Shown: positions 7,301 to 13,965 of the stretch, piece by piece
Numbering within the stretch: position 1 is the first letter of the stretch
Layout: each line of letters starts with the position of its first letter
Assembly (NCBI RefSeq): GCF_900167605.1
Contig: NZ_FUYH01000015.1
Location: forward strand, 27,472-51,471
DNA: 24,000 nt
Direction: 5' to 3'
Source: Caloramator quimbayensis
GTDB taxonomy: Bacteria; Bacillota; Clostridia; Clostridiales; Caloramatoraceae
Notes under the pieces: generated by a model
What the model saw: only the letters and a program-made list of their open reading frames with translations
What the model was told of the DNA's origin: nothing
The model's database searches: none
Translations under genes and position numbers: made by a program

Positions 7301-8522
7301 TTTTTATAGCGGATGTTCTTTAAATATCGATGAAAATGCCCTTAATACAGGTAAAGTTACATGGCTTGTAAAAGGCTATGATACAACAAGATCAATAGAT
7401 TCTAATAAAAACCTTACAGGGGTATCACTTCCTGAGGGAAGCGTTTATGCCCTTGCAGTAGAAGAGATTCCTAACGGAGGAAAGATGTTTATTGGAGGAA
7501 CGGTATTTATTTCAGACTTTGAAGTGAAGGTTCAGCTTGATAATTCAACGCAGCTTCAAAACAGTAACTATAATATAACTATGAATATTCTAAACTCAAT
7601 TAAGAAAGTAATACCGGTATCTCAAATTTCGACTGTTCGTGCAGGACAAAAGGGAGATGTTTTCTGTGTAGAAGGAACAGTAACAGCAGGAAAGACACCT
7701 TCAGATAATGCTTTCTTTGATACTTTATATGTTCAGGACGAAACTGGAGGTATAAACCTTTTCCCAATTTCAGATACTAACATAATGGTTGGGCAAAGAG
7801 TAAAAGCAATAGGAACATTAGATGAGTATCAAGGAGATTTGGAACTTAGAGTTATCGAATATTCAGTAACAGATACTTCTATAAATCCTGTAGAACCTAC
7901 TTTATTGTCAACAAAGGATTCTATGGACAGCAAATATGGAGGACTTTTGGTAAAAGTAATTGGAAATGTAACGAGGATGGACAGCCAGAATATTTATGTT
8001 GATGATGGAAGCGGAGAAGCACGAATATTCGTCGATGGATATATAGGTGATGGAAGTGGCGATTCATCTAAAGCAGGAAAGTGGGATGAAAGAATTAATG
8101 TTGGAAGCAAGATAAGCGCTATTGGATTAGCCTCAGTTGATCCGAATGGTCCAAGACTTAGGGTTAGAAATACATCTGAAATTGTTCTTATAGAGGAGCC
8201 TGTACAAAAGGATAATTTTGAAATAGTAACTGTTGAAGCACCAGAAAAGATAATAAAGGGGCAGGATGCAAAGATAAGCATAAAAGGAATAAATAACACA
8301 AATACTGAACAAAATGTAGCGCTGATTGTTGCATTATTTGATGAAAATGACAAGATGATTCTTTATGGAGCATCTCAGCAAAAGATTAAAGCTAATGACA
8401 ATGCTGTATTAACTGTTATGATGAGAATACCCAATTCTTCAGAGAATTTAAAGATTAAATATTTTATCTGGGATTCTTTAGACGGCATGAATCCATTATC
8501 AAAAGTATATGAGATAAAATAA
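4335..8522 (+). CDS. Secreted 1395-aa multidomain PHP-family (CehA/McbA-like) metal-dependent phosphoesterase, possibly an extracellular nuclease/phosphatase
   Basis: GTG start follows GGGGGGAG. Signal peptide present (KK, hydrophobic core, ALAA/QPQ). Two tandem Ig-like repeats of about 80 aa sharing LPATIKAY (about nt 4950-5450) resemble chitobiase/hexosaminidase C-terminal-type domains. PHP motifs: LHSHTTNSDG (HSH at nt 5484-5492), AVTDHS, GFEMTW, GHMN, MNHPGP, NNQDNH. Near the C-terminus is an OB-fold-like segment of the kind seen in extracellular nucleases (VFCVEGTVTAG...LYVQDETGGINLF...GDLELRV, about nt 7620-8190). No LPXTG, SLH or cell-wall-binding repeats were seen. Confidence 0.85.
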   Translation: MFFKSKLSKKVTSLFVVMVIVLNFFSTSIPALAAQPQRIAAWDYTAAPTTYPVPATDGEYKDGAVLKNFKDAIPSYSKGSLSINGWDNGENSKYWQIEFSTKGYDNLSLSAKTRSSSTGPRDFKLIYSIDEGNTWLDVPNSTYAITGTDLSNYMPEINLPSDLADKDKVYVRFIMTSNTSSTSTTTTEVQSGGTSNINNIIITGTPVSNAQTVAGITAVPESGAEVALGSKVSLYCETEGATIMYSINDSEFIPYNQEEQITLKTLPATIKAYGIKDGLNNSVISTFSYIQGKTAAVTANPNGGAVPLNKEVALSCETPNSTIKYSLDDGTTWNDYSAPIVLNNLPATIKAYATAEGLLDSPVTTFTFTEKVSEEYNIYFGQLHSHTTNSDGLGTLDDAYSYAKGTAKLDFFAVTDHSNSFDNASTSSMADGSKSTKWLNGRAAADKYTDSSFVGIYGFEMTWSNGTGHMNTFNTPGFETRDTAKYKLLDGLKQYYDVLKQFPDSISQMNHPGPTFGDFNDFAYYDPQIDKLITLIEVGNGEGAIGSSGYFPSYEYYQRALDKGWHLAPTNNQDNHLGNWGTANTGRTVILADSLTRDNVYDAMRNMRVYATEDSNLRIKYTLNGEVMGSILENKPFSVNIKVDIEDADNEALGKISVIANGGKVVDSKTVSTNKDLIEFNLSANYSYYYIRVDEADKDIAVTAPVWIGEVDKAGISKTTPSTTLPIKGESFKITTNYFNNENYPMEITSLVYSINGEVINSASELTFVPSLGTGSYSFDYVAPSAGKYNIDVRMTAKINGVEKIYTDVLKIEVVDPAITTKVVVDATHFNDYVYGYYANNLNNFTTIANSQKIAVNIEKNKLTDDVLKDAQLLIITAPAKKSGTVNGVPYQPQSFSEEDIAVVKRFVDKGGNLIICGIADYQDGTGEYQTSTQMNRLLEGIGATTRFNNDEVVDDVNKLNNQNFRLAFRNYNFNSPYLSGVLPEQNYSFYSGCSLNIDENALNTGKVTWLVKGYDTTRSIDSNKNLTGVSLPEGSVYALAVEEIPNGGKMFIGGTVFISDFEVKVQLDNSTQLQNSNYNITMNILNSIKKVIPVSQISTVRAGQKGDVFCVEGTVTAGKTPSDNAFFDTLYVQDETGGINLFPISDTNIMVGQRVKAIGTLDEYQGDLELRVIEYSVTDTSINPVEPTLLSTKDSMDSKYGGLLVKVIGNVTRMDSQNIYVDDGSGEARIFVDGYIGDGSGDSSKAGKWDERINVGSKISAIGLASVDPNGPRLRVRNTSEIVLIEEPVQKDNFEIVTVEAPEKIIKGQDAKISIKGINNTNTEQNVALIVALFDENDKMILYGASQQKIKANDNAVLTVMMRIPNSSENLKIKYFIWDSLDGMNPLSKVYEIK

Positions 8523-8548
8523 AAAGCAGGTTAAATACCTGCTTTTTT
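8522..8548 (+). terminator. Rho-independent terminator of the large secreted protein gene
   Basis: Stem AAAAGCAGG / CCTGCTTTT (core GCAGG 8526-8530, CCTGC 8538-8542), loop TTAAATA, T6 run 8543-8548. Confidence 0.75.
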
Positions 8549-8565
8549 AAAAGTGAGAAAAGAGA

Positions 8566-8585
8566 GGGACGGTTAATTATTATTT
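8566..8585 (+). repeat. Solitary copy of the GGGACGGTTAAT interspersed repeat
   Basis: GGGACGGTTAATTATTATTT, 18 nt downstream of the terminator T-tract. Same motif as at 845, 896 and 3678. Confidence 0.7.
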
Positions 8586-8620
8586 ACAATATTTAAATTT
8601 AATATAATAAAGTTTTAATA

Positions 8621-8649
8621 TTGCAATGTTAACTGATTGCTTGTAATAT
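8621..8649 (+). promoter_or_regulatory. Candidate sigma-A promoter for the HAD hydrolase gene
   Basis: TTGCAA (8621-8626), 17-nt spacer, TAATAT (8644-8649). Confidence 0.4.
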
Positions 8650-8706
8650 AAATTAAGGTGGAGGATAAGTTCATTGAAATTTATATGAAATGGAAGTGGT
8701 AGTGTT

Positions 8707-9507
8707 ATGATTAAACTTATTGCAACAGATCTTGACGGTACTCTTTTAAATGATAAAGGTGAAATAGATAAAAAACTAAAAAGCCTTTTAAATGTTTTAA
8801 AATCAAAAAATATTAAATTCGTTCCAACCAGCGGCAGGCTCTACAGCACTCTTTGCAGGAATTTTAAAGATTATGGTTCTGATTTAATAATAGTTGCAAT
8901 TAACGGAGCTGTAGTTCAATATAACAATAACGGAAAAGTGATTTATGAAAATCCTATTGATAGAGAAATATGCTTTGAAAGCGTAAAAGCTTTGATTGAT
9001 TTAAATATGGATTTTGAAATATATATAACTTGTAAGAATATGAACTATCTCTTAAGGGAGAATAAAGAGCTTATTCATAAATTTGCAATTTCGGATGCGG
9101 ATATGTCTTTTATAGAAAACTATTATGAAATCAATGAGGATATATTTAAAATTGGAATATTTAAAACTTCAGGCTTTACAAAAGAAGAAGTTGATAGAAT
9201 TAAAATTGCAACAGGCAATAGATTTGAATATGAAGTATCAGGGAATGTATGGCTTGATATAACAAACAAAGATGTTAACAAAGGAAATGCAATAAAAATT
9301 CTTCAAAACATATTCGATATTAAAAAAGAAGAAACCTTAGTTTTTGGAGATTATTATAACGACATTTCAATGTTTAAAAGAGCGTATTACAGCTATGCGA
9401 TGGGAAATGCACCCCACGATGTTAAAGCAAAGGCAAGATTTGTAGCTCTTGATAATAATAACAATGGTGTTATTAAAGTTATAGAAAAGGTTGCAGGAGA
9501 AGATTAA
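8707..9507 (+). CDS. Cof-type HAD-IIB family hydrolase (sugar-phosphate phosphatase-like)
   Basis: N-terminal motif I LIATDLDGTLL, TSGR motif II, and C-terminal GDYYNDISMF (motif IV, GDxxND) typical of Cof/YidA-type HAD phosphatases. Confidence 0.9.
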   Translation: MIKLIATDLDGTLLNDKGEIDKKLKSLLNVLKSKNIKFVPTSGRLYSTLCRNFKDYGSDLIIVAINGAVVQYNNNGKVIYENPIDREICFESVKALIDLNMDFEIYITCKNMNYLLRENKELIHKFAISDADMSFIENYYEINEDIFKIGIFKTSGFTKEEVDRIKIATGNRFEYEVSGNVWLDITNKDVNKGNAIKILQNIFDIKKEETLVFGDYYNDISMFKRAYYSYAMGNAPHDVKAKARFVALDNNNNGVIKVIEKVAGED

Positions 9508-9532
9508 AAAGATCCTAAATTTAATCTTACAT

Positions 9533-9561
9533 TTGACTATTCTCAAATATTGCTATATTAT
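9533..9561 (+). promoter_or_regulatory. Candidate sigma-A promoter of the pepV-PTS cluster
   Basis: TTGACT (9533-9538), 17-nt spacer, TATTAT (9556-9561). Alternatively a TG-extended TATATT (9554-9559) with 15-nt spacing. It lies between the HAD stop codon and the large hairpin. Confidence 0.4.
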
Positions 9562-9569
9562 TAACTCAG

Positions 9570-9650
9570 GCATAAGAATGACCCCCAATATGATTTTTTA
9601 TGTTCTATTGATAATCTATCATATTGGTCATCTTATGCTTTTTTATTTTT
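9570..9650 (+). terminator. Large intrinsic-terminator-like hairpin: HAD gene terminator and/or leader attenuator of pepV
   Basis: About 21 bp of pairing: GCATAAGA (9570-9577) / TCTTATGC (9631-9638), TGA/TCA, a CCC bulge, then CCAATATGAT (9585-9594) / ATCATATTGG (9618-9627). Loop is 23 nt, followed by T6-A-T5 (9639-9650). It ends 9 nt before the pepV Shine-Dalgarno. Confidence 0.6.
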
Positions 9651-9673
9651 AAATAAAGAAAGGAGATTAAATC

Positions 9674-11053
9674 ATGATTGATTTTTATAAAGAAGTATTA
9701 AAAAGAGGGGATGAATATATTAAATATCTTGGTGAATGGATAGAGATTCCCTCTATTTATGATGAAGACACAGCAAATAAATATATGCCCTTTGGCAAAG
9801 AAATCGGTAGAAGTTTAAAATGGTTTGAAAACTTAGCTTTAAAGGATGGATTTAGAGTTAAAAATGATGATGGATATGCTGTTCATGCAGAATATGGGCA
9901 GGGCAATGATTATGTGTGTGCATTTGGACATGCTGATGTAGTTCCAGTAGATGATAACTGGAGGACAGATCCTTTTAAACTTACTGTTAACGATGGGAAA
10001 GCATATGGCAGAGGAGTGGTCGATGATAAAGGGCCGATACTTGGATGTTATATGGGGCTTAAAATAATAAAAGAATTGAATCTTCCTGTAAAAAATTCTA
10101 TTAGGATTATAGTTGGAGGAAATGAAGAAAACGGATTTAGATGTATTAGACATTACTTTTCTAAAGAGCCTCAGCCTAAATTTGGATTTACTCCTGATGC
10201 TAAGTTCCCTGTTATTCATGGAGAGAAGGGAGTAGCGATTTTAGAAGTTAGCGGAACTATTAAAGAGAGAATAGAAATAAAAGCAGGAACAGCTAATAAT
10301 ATAATACCCTCAACGATACAAATAAAGCTTAATACAAATTATGCTTATCTAAAAGAGAAATTTATGAGTTATTTATATGAAAATAATTTAAATGGAGATT
10401 TTAAGGTAAATAATTATTATATTTCAATAAAGGTTCAAGGAGTAGGGGGACACTCATCAAAGCCTGAAAAAACTGTTAACCCAATAACAAAACTTGTGAG
10501 CTTTCTAAGTACAAATATCAATACTCCATTGTTTTGGGATTTAGGCAAGATTTTATTTGATAATGATTACAAAGGGGTGGGATTTGGTATTTATACATCA
10601 GGTAAATGTGGAGAACTCACTATTGTCCCAACTATGTTTAATATAAATACGGACAAGATAAGTTTGATATTTAGCATAAGATATCCAGAAAATGCTGATT
10701 TGAATTCTATTAAAGATAAAATTACTAAATATATTTGTAAAAATTTAAAGGGAGAATATGAGATTAAACTAAAAAATATAAAAAATCCATGTTATATTGA
10801 GCCAGACTTTATATTAGTAAAAAAACTTCATGAAATATATATAAATCATTCTGAAGATTTAAAAAGCAAAGTAAGAGTTACAAGTGCAGGCACTTATGCA
10901 AGTGAAATGAAAAACTCTGTAGCCTTTGGCGCAGAATTTGGGGATGGCAGCTCTGGAAATGTGCATTCTGCTAATGAATATATGGAAGTTAAAAGACTTT
11001 TTCAGTCTGCTGCAATTTATGCACATGCACTTTATGAAATGGTCAATATGTAG
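9674..11053 (+). CDS. pepV: M20-family dipeptidase, PepV/Sapep-like
   Basis: ATG follows AAGGAG. Motifs FGHADVVPV, WRTDPF, GRGVVDDKGP and GGNEENG are characteristic of PepV/Sapep M20A dipeptidases. Length is 459 aa. Confidence 0.88.
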   Translation: MIDFYKEVLKRGDEYIKYLGEWIEIPSIYDEDTANKYMPFGKEIGRSLKWFENLALKDGFRVKNDDGYAVHAEYGQGNDYVCAFGHADVVPVDDNWRTDPFKLTVNDGKAYGRGVVDDKGPILGCYMGLKIIKELNLPVKNSIRIIVGGNEENGFRCIRHYFSKEPQPKFGFTPDAKFPVIHGEKGVAILEVSGTIKERIEIKAGTANNIIPSTIQIKLNTNYAYLKEKFMSYLYENNLNGDFKVNNYYISIKVQGVGGHSSKPEKTVNPITKLVSFLSTNINTPLFWDLGKILFDNDYKGVGFGIYTSGKCGELTIVPTMFNINTDKISLIFSIRYPENADLNSIKDKITKYICKNLKGEYEIKLKNIKNPCYIEPDFILVKKLHEIYINHSEDLKSKVRVTSAGTYASEMKNSVAFGAEFGDGSSGNVHSANEYMEVKRLFQSAAIYAHALYEMVNM

Positions 11054-11121
11054 ATGATGTCACTTAGTATGACATTGTTTATAATCAATTTTCAGAAAAT
11101 AAATATTATACTATATATAGG

Positions 11122-13041
11122 ATGGTGAGTGAGGTGTTAACAAAAAAGCATTATCTAATAATAAAATACCTCAGCGATAAGGATGCCTGTCTAACTTCGG
11201 CAGAGATGGCGCAAAAGATAGGAATGTCAACAAGAACAGTAAAAAGATATATAAATGATATTAACTATGAACTTAAAAAAATGGGGGTTGAAATTATAGC
11301 CTTAAAGGGTATAGGTTACAAGCTGACCGGTACACCTAAAGTTTTACAGGGGGTTTTAAAAGAGGCATTAAGAGTAATTGATGGATTTGAAATCGATGAT
11401 TCAATTGAGGGCAGAGTAGAAAATGCAATAAATCTTTTAATTAATAATGATACTTTAAATGCTGATGAGATGGCAGAAAAACTTAATTTAAGTACTTCAA
11501 GTTTTAATAAAATGACTTCTAAAATAAAAGAGTGTATAAAAAAATATAATCTTACAATTGCCTCAAAGCCTCATTATGGAACTTATATTGATGGAGAGGA
11601 GTTAAATATTAGAGCTCTTATACTCGATTATTGTATAAAAGCAGACAATAATAATAACCTTAAGGTTTATCTCTCTAATGTAAATAAAGAAGACATTGAA
11701 ACTATAGAAAAAATAATATCCATTTATCTTAAGGAAAACAATATAGTTGTTGCTGACAAAGACTTTAATAATTTGTTGTCGAGGATTATTGTATCTTTAT
11801 CGAGGATGAGAAAGAATAAAACTGTTGAAAATTTATCACTTATTAATAATTACAGGCATCACAATTACTCAGCCATTCACAGTATTATGAGTCAAGTTGA
11901 AAAGGCTTTGGATGTAGCGTTTAGTGAAACTGAATATTATTATGTTTCTTTTTACTCAGGCTTTATGATATATAATTACAGCATGAGAAATCTTCAGGAT
12001 ACTGATTTGCTAGATGAAGAAATATTCAGCTTTGTAAAAGCCCTCCTTGAAGAGATAAAAATAATAACTGGCAATGAATTTGATCAGGATACAAAACTTA
12101 TAAAAGCGATGACAATACATATTAAAATAGCAATTAACAGAGCAAGGGCAGGAGCTCAGGTTAAAAATCCTCTGCTGCAGCAGATAAAATCTAATTATCC
12201 AGTTGAGATGAATTTTGCAATGTTTGCAGCAAAGAAAATATATGATTATTACGGCATAGAGCTTGATGAAGATGAAGTAGGATTTATAGCGATGCACTTT
12301 GGAGCTGCTCAGGAAAGAATTAAAACAAACATGACAAAAAAGATATGCATAGTATGTCAATATGGAATCGGTACTGCGCAGCTTCTATCTGAAAAAATAA
12401 AAAACCATATTAAATATGTAGAAGTAATAGGGGTGTATCCAGCAAGATATTTAGATGTTGCATTAAAACAAAACGTTGATTATATAGTTTCAACAGTTGA
12501 GATTGAAGATTACAAATCAAACATACCTATTATCAGCGTTGATAACGTTCTATCAGATTCTTCTATTAAAAAAATTGGAGACATCATAACGTTGGACATT
12601 AGCAAAAAGAAACTTTTGTTTGAAATGTTTAACAGAAAAGCCTTTTATAGATTAAAAGCTTCAACCAAAGAAGAAGTTATTAATTTAATGGGAAGTATGA
12701 TGGAGAAGGAAGGTTTAATTGATTCTAATGTTGTTAAATCAATATTAGAGAGGGAAAATATGTCATCTACTGATATTGGCAATTTAGTTGCTATTCCACA
12801 TACTGCAATAAACGGGGTTCACAAATCGGTAATTGGAGTTGCAATTCTTGATAAACCAATTCTATGGGATGTGGACGAGGTTCAAATAATTTTTATGATA
12901 TGTTTTAATCTTGCAGATAGGAAGAACCTTCACATATTTAAAAATATATACAGTTTAATAGACGATATTGACTTTATTAAATCCATGATTAAATCAAAGG
13001 ATTTTGATGAATTCATTCAGCTTTTAAGTGAAGGGAGATAG
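11122..13041 (+). CDS. PRD-domain transcriptional regulator of the MtlR/LicR/ManR class (HTH, PRD, PRD, EIIB-like, EIIA-like)
   Basis: N-terminal winged HTH (LTSAEMAQKIGMSTRTVKRYINDI). The central region has PRD character. EIIB(Gat)-like Cys segment KKICIVCQYGIGTAQLL (about nt 12331-12380). C-terminal EIIA(Mtl/Fru)-like His motif NLVAIPHTA (about nt 12781-12807). The start codon is uncertain; in-frame GTGs at 11125 and 11134 are alternatives. Confidence 0.85.
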   Translation: MVSEVLTKKHYLIIKYLSDKDACLTSAEMAQKIGMSTRTVKRYINDINYELKKMGVEIIALKGIGYKLTGTPKVLQGVLKEALRVIDGFEIDDSIEGRVENAINLLINNDTLNADEMAEKLNLSTSSFNKMTSKIKECIKKYNLTIASKPHYGTYIDGEELNIRALILDYCIKADNNNNLKVYLSNVNKEDIETIEKIISIYLKENNIVVADKDFNNLLSRIIVSLSRMRKNKTVENLSLINNYRHHNYSAIHSIMSQVEKALDVAFSETEYYYVSFYSGFMIYNYSMRNLQDTDLLDEEIFSFVKALLEEIKIITGNEFDQDTKLIKAMTIHIKIAINRARAGAQVKNPLLQQIKSNYPVEMNFAMFAAKKIYDYYGIELDEDEVGFIAMHFGAAQERIKTNMTKKICIVCQYGIGTAQLLSEKIKNHIKYVEVIGVYPARYLDVALKQNVDYIVSTVEIEDYKSNIPIISVDNVLSDSSIKKIGDIITLDISKKKLLFEMFNRKAFYRLKASTKEEVINLMGSMMEKEGLIDSNVVKSILERENMSSTDIGNLVAIPHTAINGVHKSVIGVAILDKPILWDVDEVQIIFMICFNLADRKNLHIFKNIYSLIDDIDFIKSMIKSKDFDEFIQLLSEGR

Positions 13042-13043
13042 TT

Positions 13044-13517
13044 ATGATAAATTCTGATTTAATATTTAAAATCGATAATATCAGATTGGATGCTGATATA
13101 AAAGATAAGCTTGAAGCTTTAAAGTATGTTTCAAAAGTTGCAAAAGAGGTTAAGCTTACTGATGATGAAGAAGAAACTTTAAAAGGACTTTTACAAAGAG
13201 AAAACGAATTTTCTACAGGCCTTGGGGATAGAATAGCAATACCCCATGCGAAATGGGAAAGCATAAAGCAAGCAGGAGTAATCATAATCAAACCAAAGAT
13301 TCCTATAGAATGGAATGCATTAGATGGACAACCAGTTTCAATAATAATAGCATTATTAACTCCTTATGATAACAGCGGTAATGTTCATCTTAAACTTCTT
13401 GCCAGCCTTTCAAGAAGTCTAATTGATGAGAGCTTTAAGAAAAAAATAATAGAAACAAATGAAAAAGAGGAAATTTTTGATTTGGTTAAAGAAGCTTTAA
13501 CAGCTTTTAATAATTAA
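13044..13517 (+). CDS. PTS EIIA component, fructose/mannitol (EIIA-2) family
   Basis: Starts 2 nt after the regulator stop, with a GGGAGA Shine-Dalgarno. Phosphorylatable His motif GLGDRIAIPHAK. Length is 157 aa. Confidence 0.9.
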   Translation: MINSDLIFKIDNIRLDADIKDKLEALKYVSKVAKEVKLTDDEEETLKGLLQRENEFSTGLGDRIAIPHAKWESIKQAGVIIIKPKIPIEWNALDGQPVSIIIALLTPYDNSGNVHLKLLASLSRSLIDESFKKKIIETNEKEEIFDLVKEALTAFNN

Positions 13518-13534
13518 TAAATGGAGGTGTTAAG

Positions 13535-13849
13535 ATGAGTAAAAAATTAGTAGCATTATGTGCATGCCCCATGGGGTTAGCTCATACTTTCATGGCTGCG
13601 CAGTCATTAGAAAAGGCAGCAAAGGAGCTTGGCTATGAAGTAAAGGTTGAAACTCAGGGGGCAGATGGAATCCAAAACGAATTGACTTTAAAGGACATAA
13701 AGGAGGCAGATATTATTATCCATGCAGTAGCTGTAACTCCCCTTGATCCTGACAGATTTGAAGGGTATGACGTTCATGAAATTACACTTCAGCAGGCAAT
13801 TAAAAATGCAAAGAGCATAATTCAGGAAATAGAAGAGAGCATAAAATAA
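13535..13849 (+). CDS. PTS EIIB component, fructose family
   Basis: GGAGGTG Shine-Dalgarno. Active-site Cys motif ALCACPMGLAHTFMAA followed by VKVETQGADG, as in fructose-type EIIB. Length is 104 aa. Confidence 0.9.
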   Translation: MSKKLVALCACPMGLAHTFMAAQSLEKAAKELGYEVKVETQGADGIQNELTLKDIKEADIIIHAVAVTPLDPDRFEGYDVHEITLQQAIKNAKSIIQEIEESIK

Positions 13850-13852
13850 AAA

Positions 13853-13886
13853 AGTACCCTCCGCAAAAAAATTATTGGAAGGTACT
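13853..13886 (+). other. Intra-cluster hairpin between EIIB and EIIC
   Basis: AGTACCCTCC (13853-13862) / GGAAGGTACT (13877-13886), 10 bp with one C-A mismatch and a 14-nt loop. An A-run lies upstream and there is no T-run downstream, so the U-tract would be on the - strand. Confidence 0.4.
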
Positions 13887-13965
13887 AAAATAAATAACCA
13901 CATTAAGTATAATAACTTATTTTTAAATAATTAACAATATTTAAATAAAAAAAGGGGGAAATTAT

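Noticed and set aside
793-8585. The GGGACGGTTAAT repeats as a possible CRISPR array.
   Set aside because: Copies occur in mixed orientation and at irregular spacing (tens of nt to kilobases). Whole genes lie between them, and no cas genes are present.
9570-9650. The idea that the cluster regulator acts as a BglG/LicT-type RNA antiterminator on this hairpin through a RAT site.
   Set aside because: The 639-aa regulator has an N-terminal winged HTH plus EIIB- and EIIA-like domains (the MtlR/LicR activator class) and lacks the short CAT RNA-binding domain. I could not identify a RAT-like element overlapping the 5' arm of the stem.
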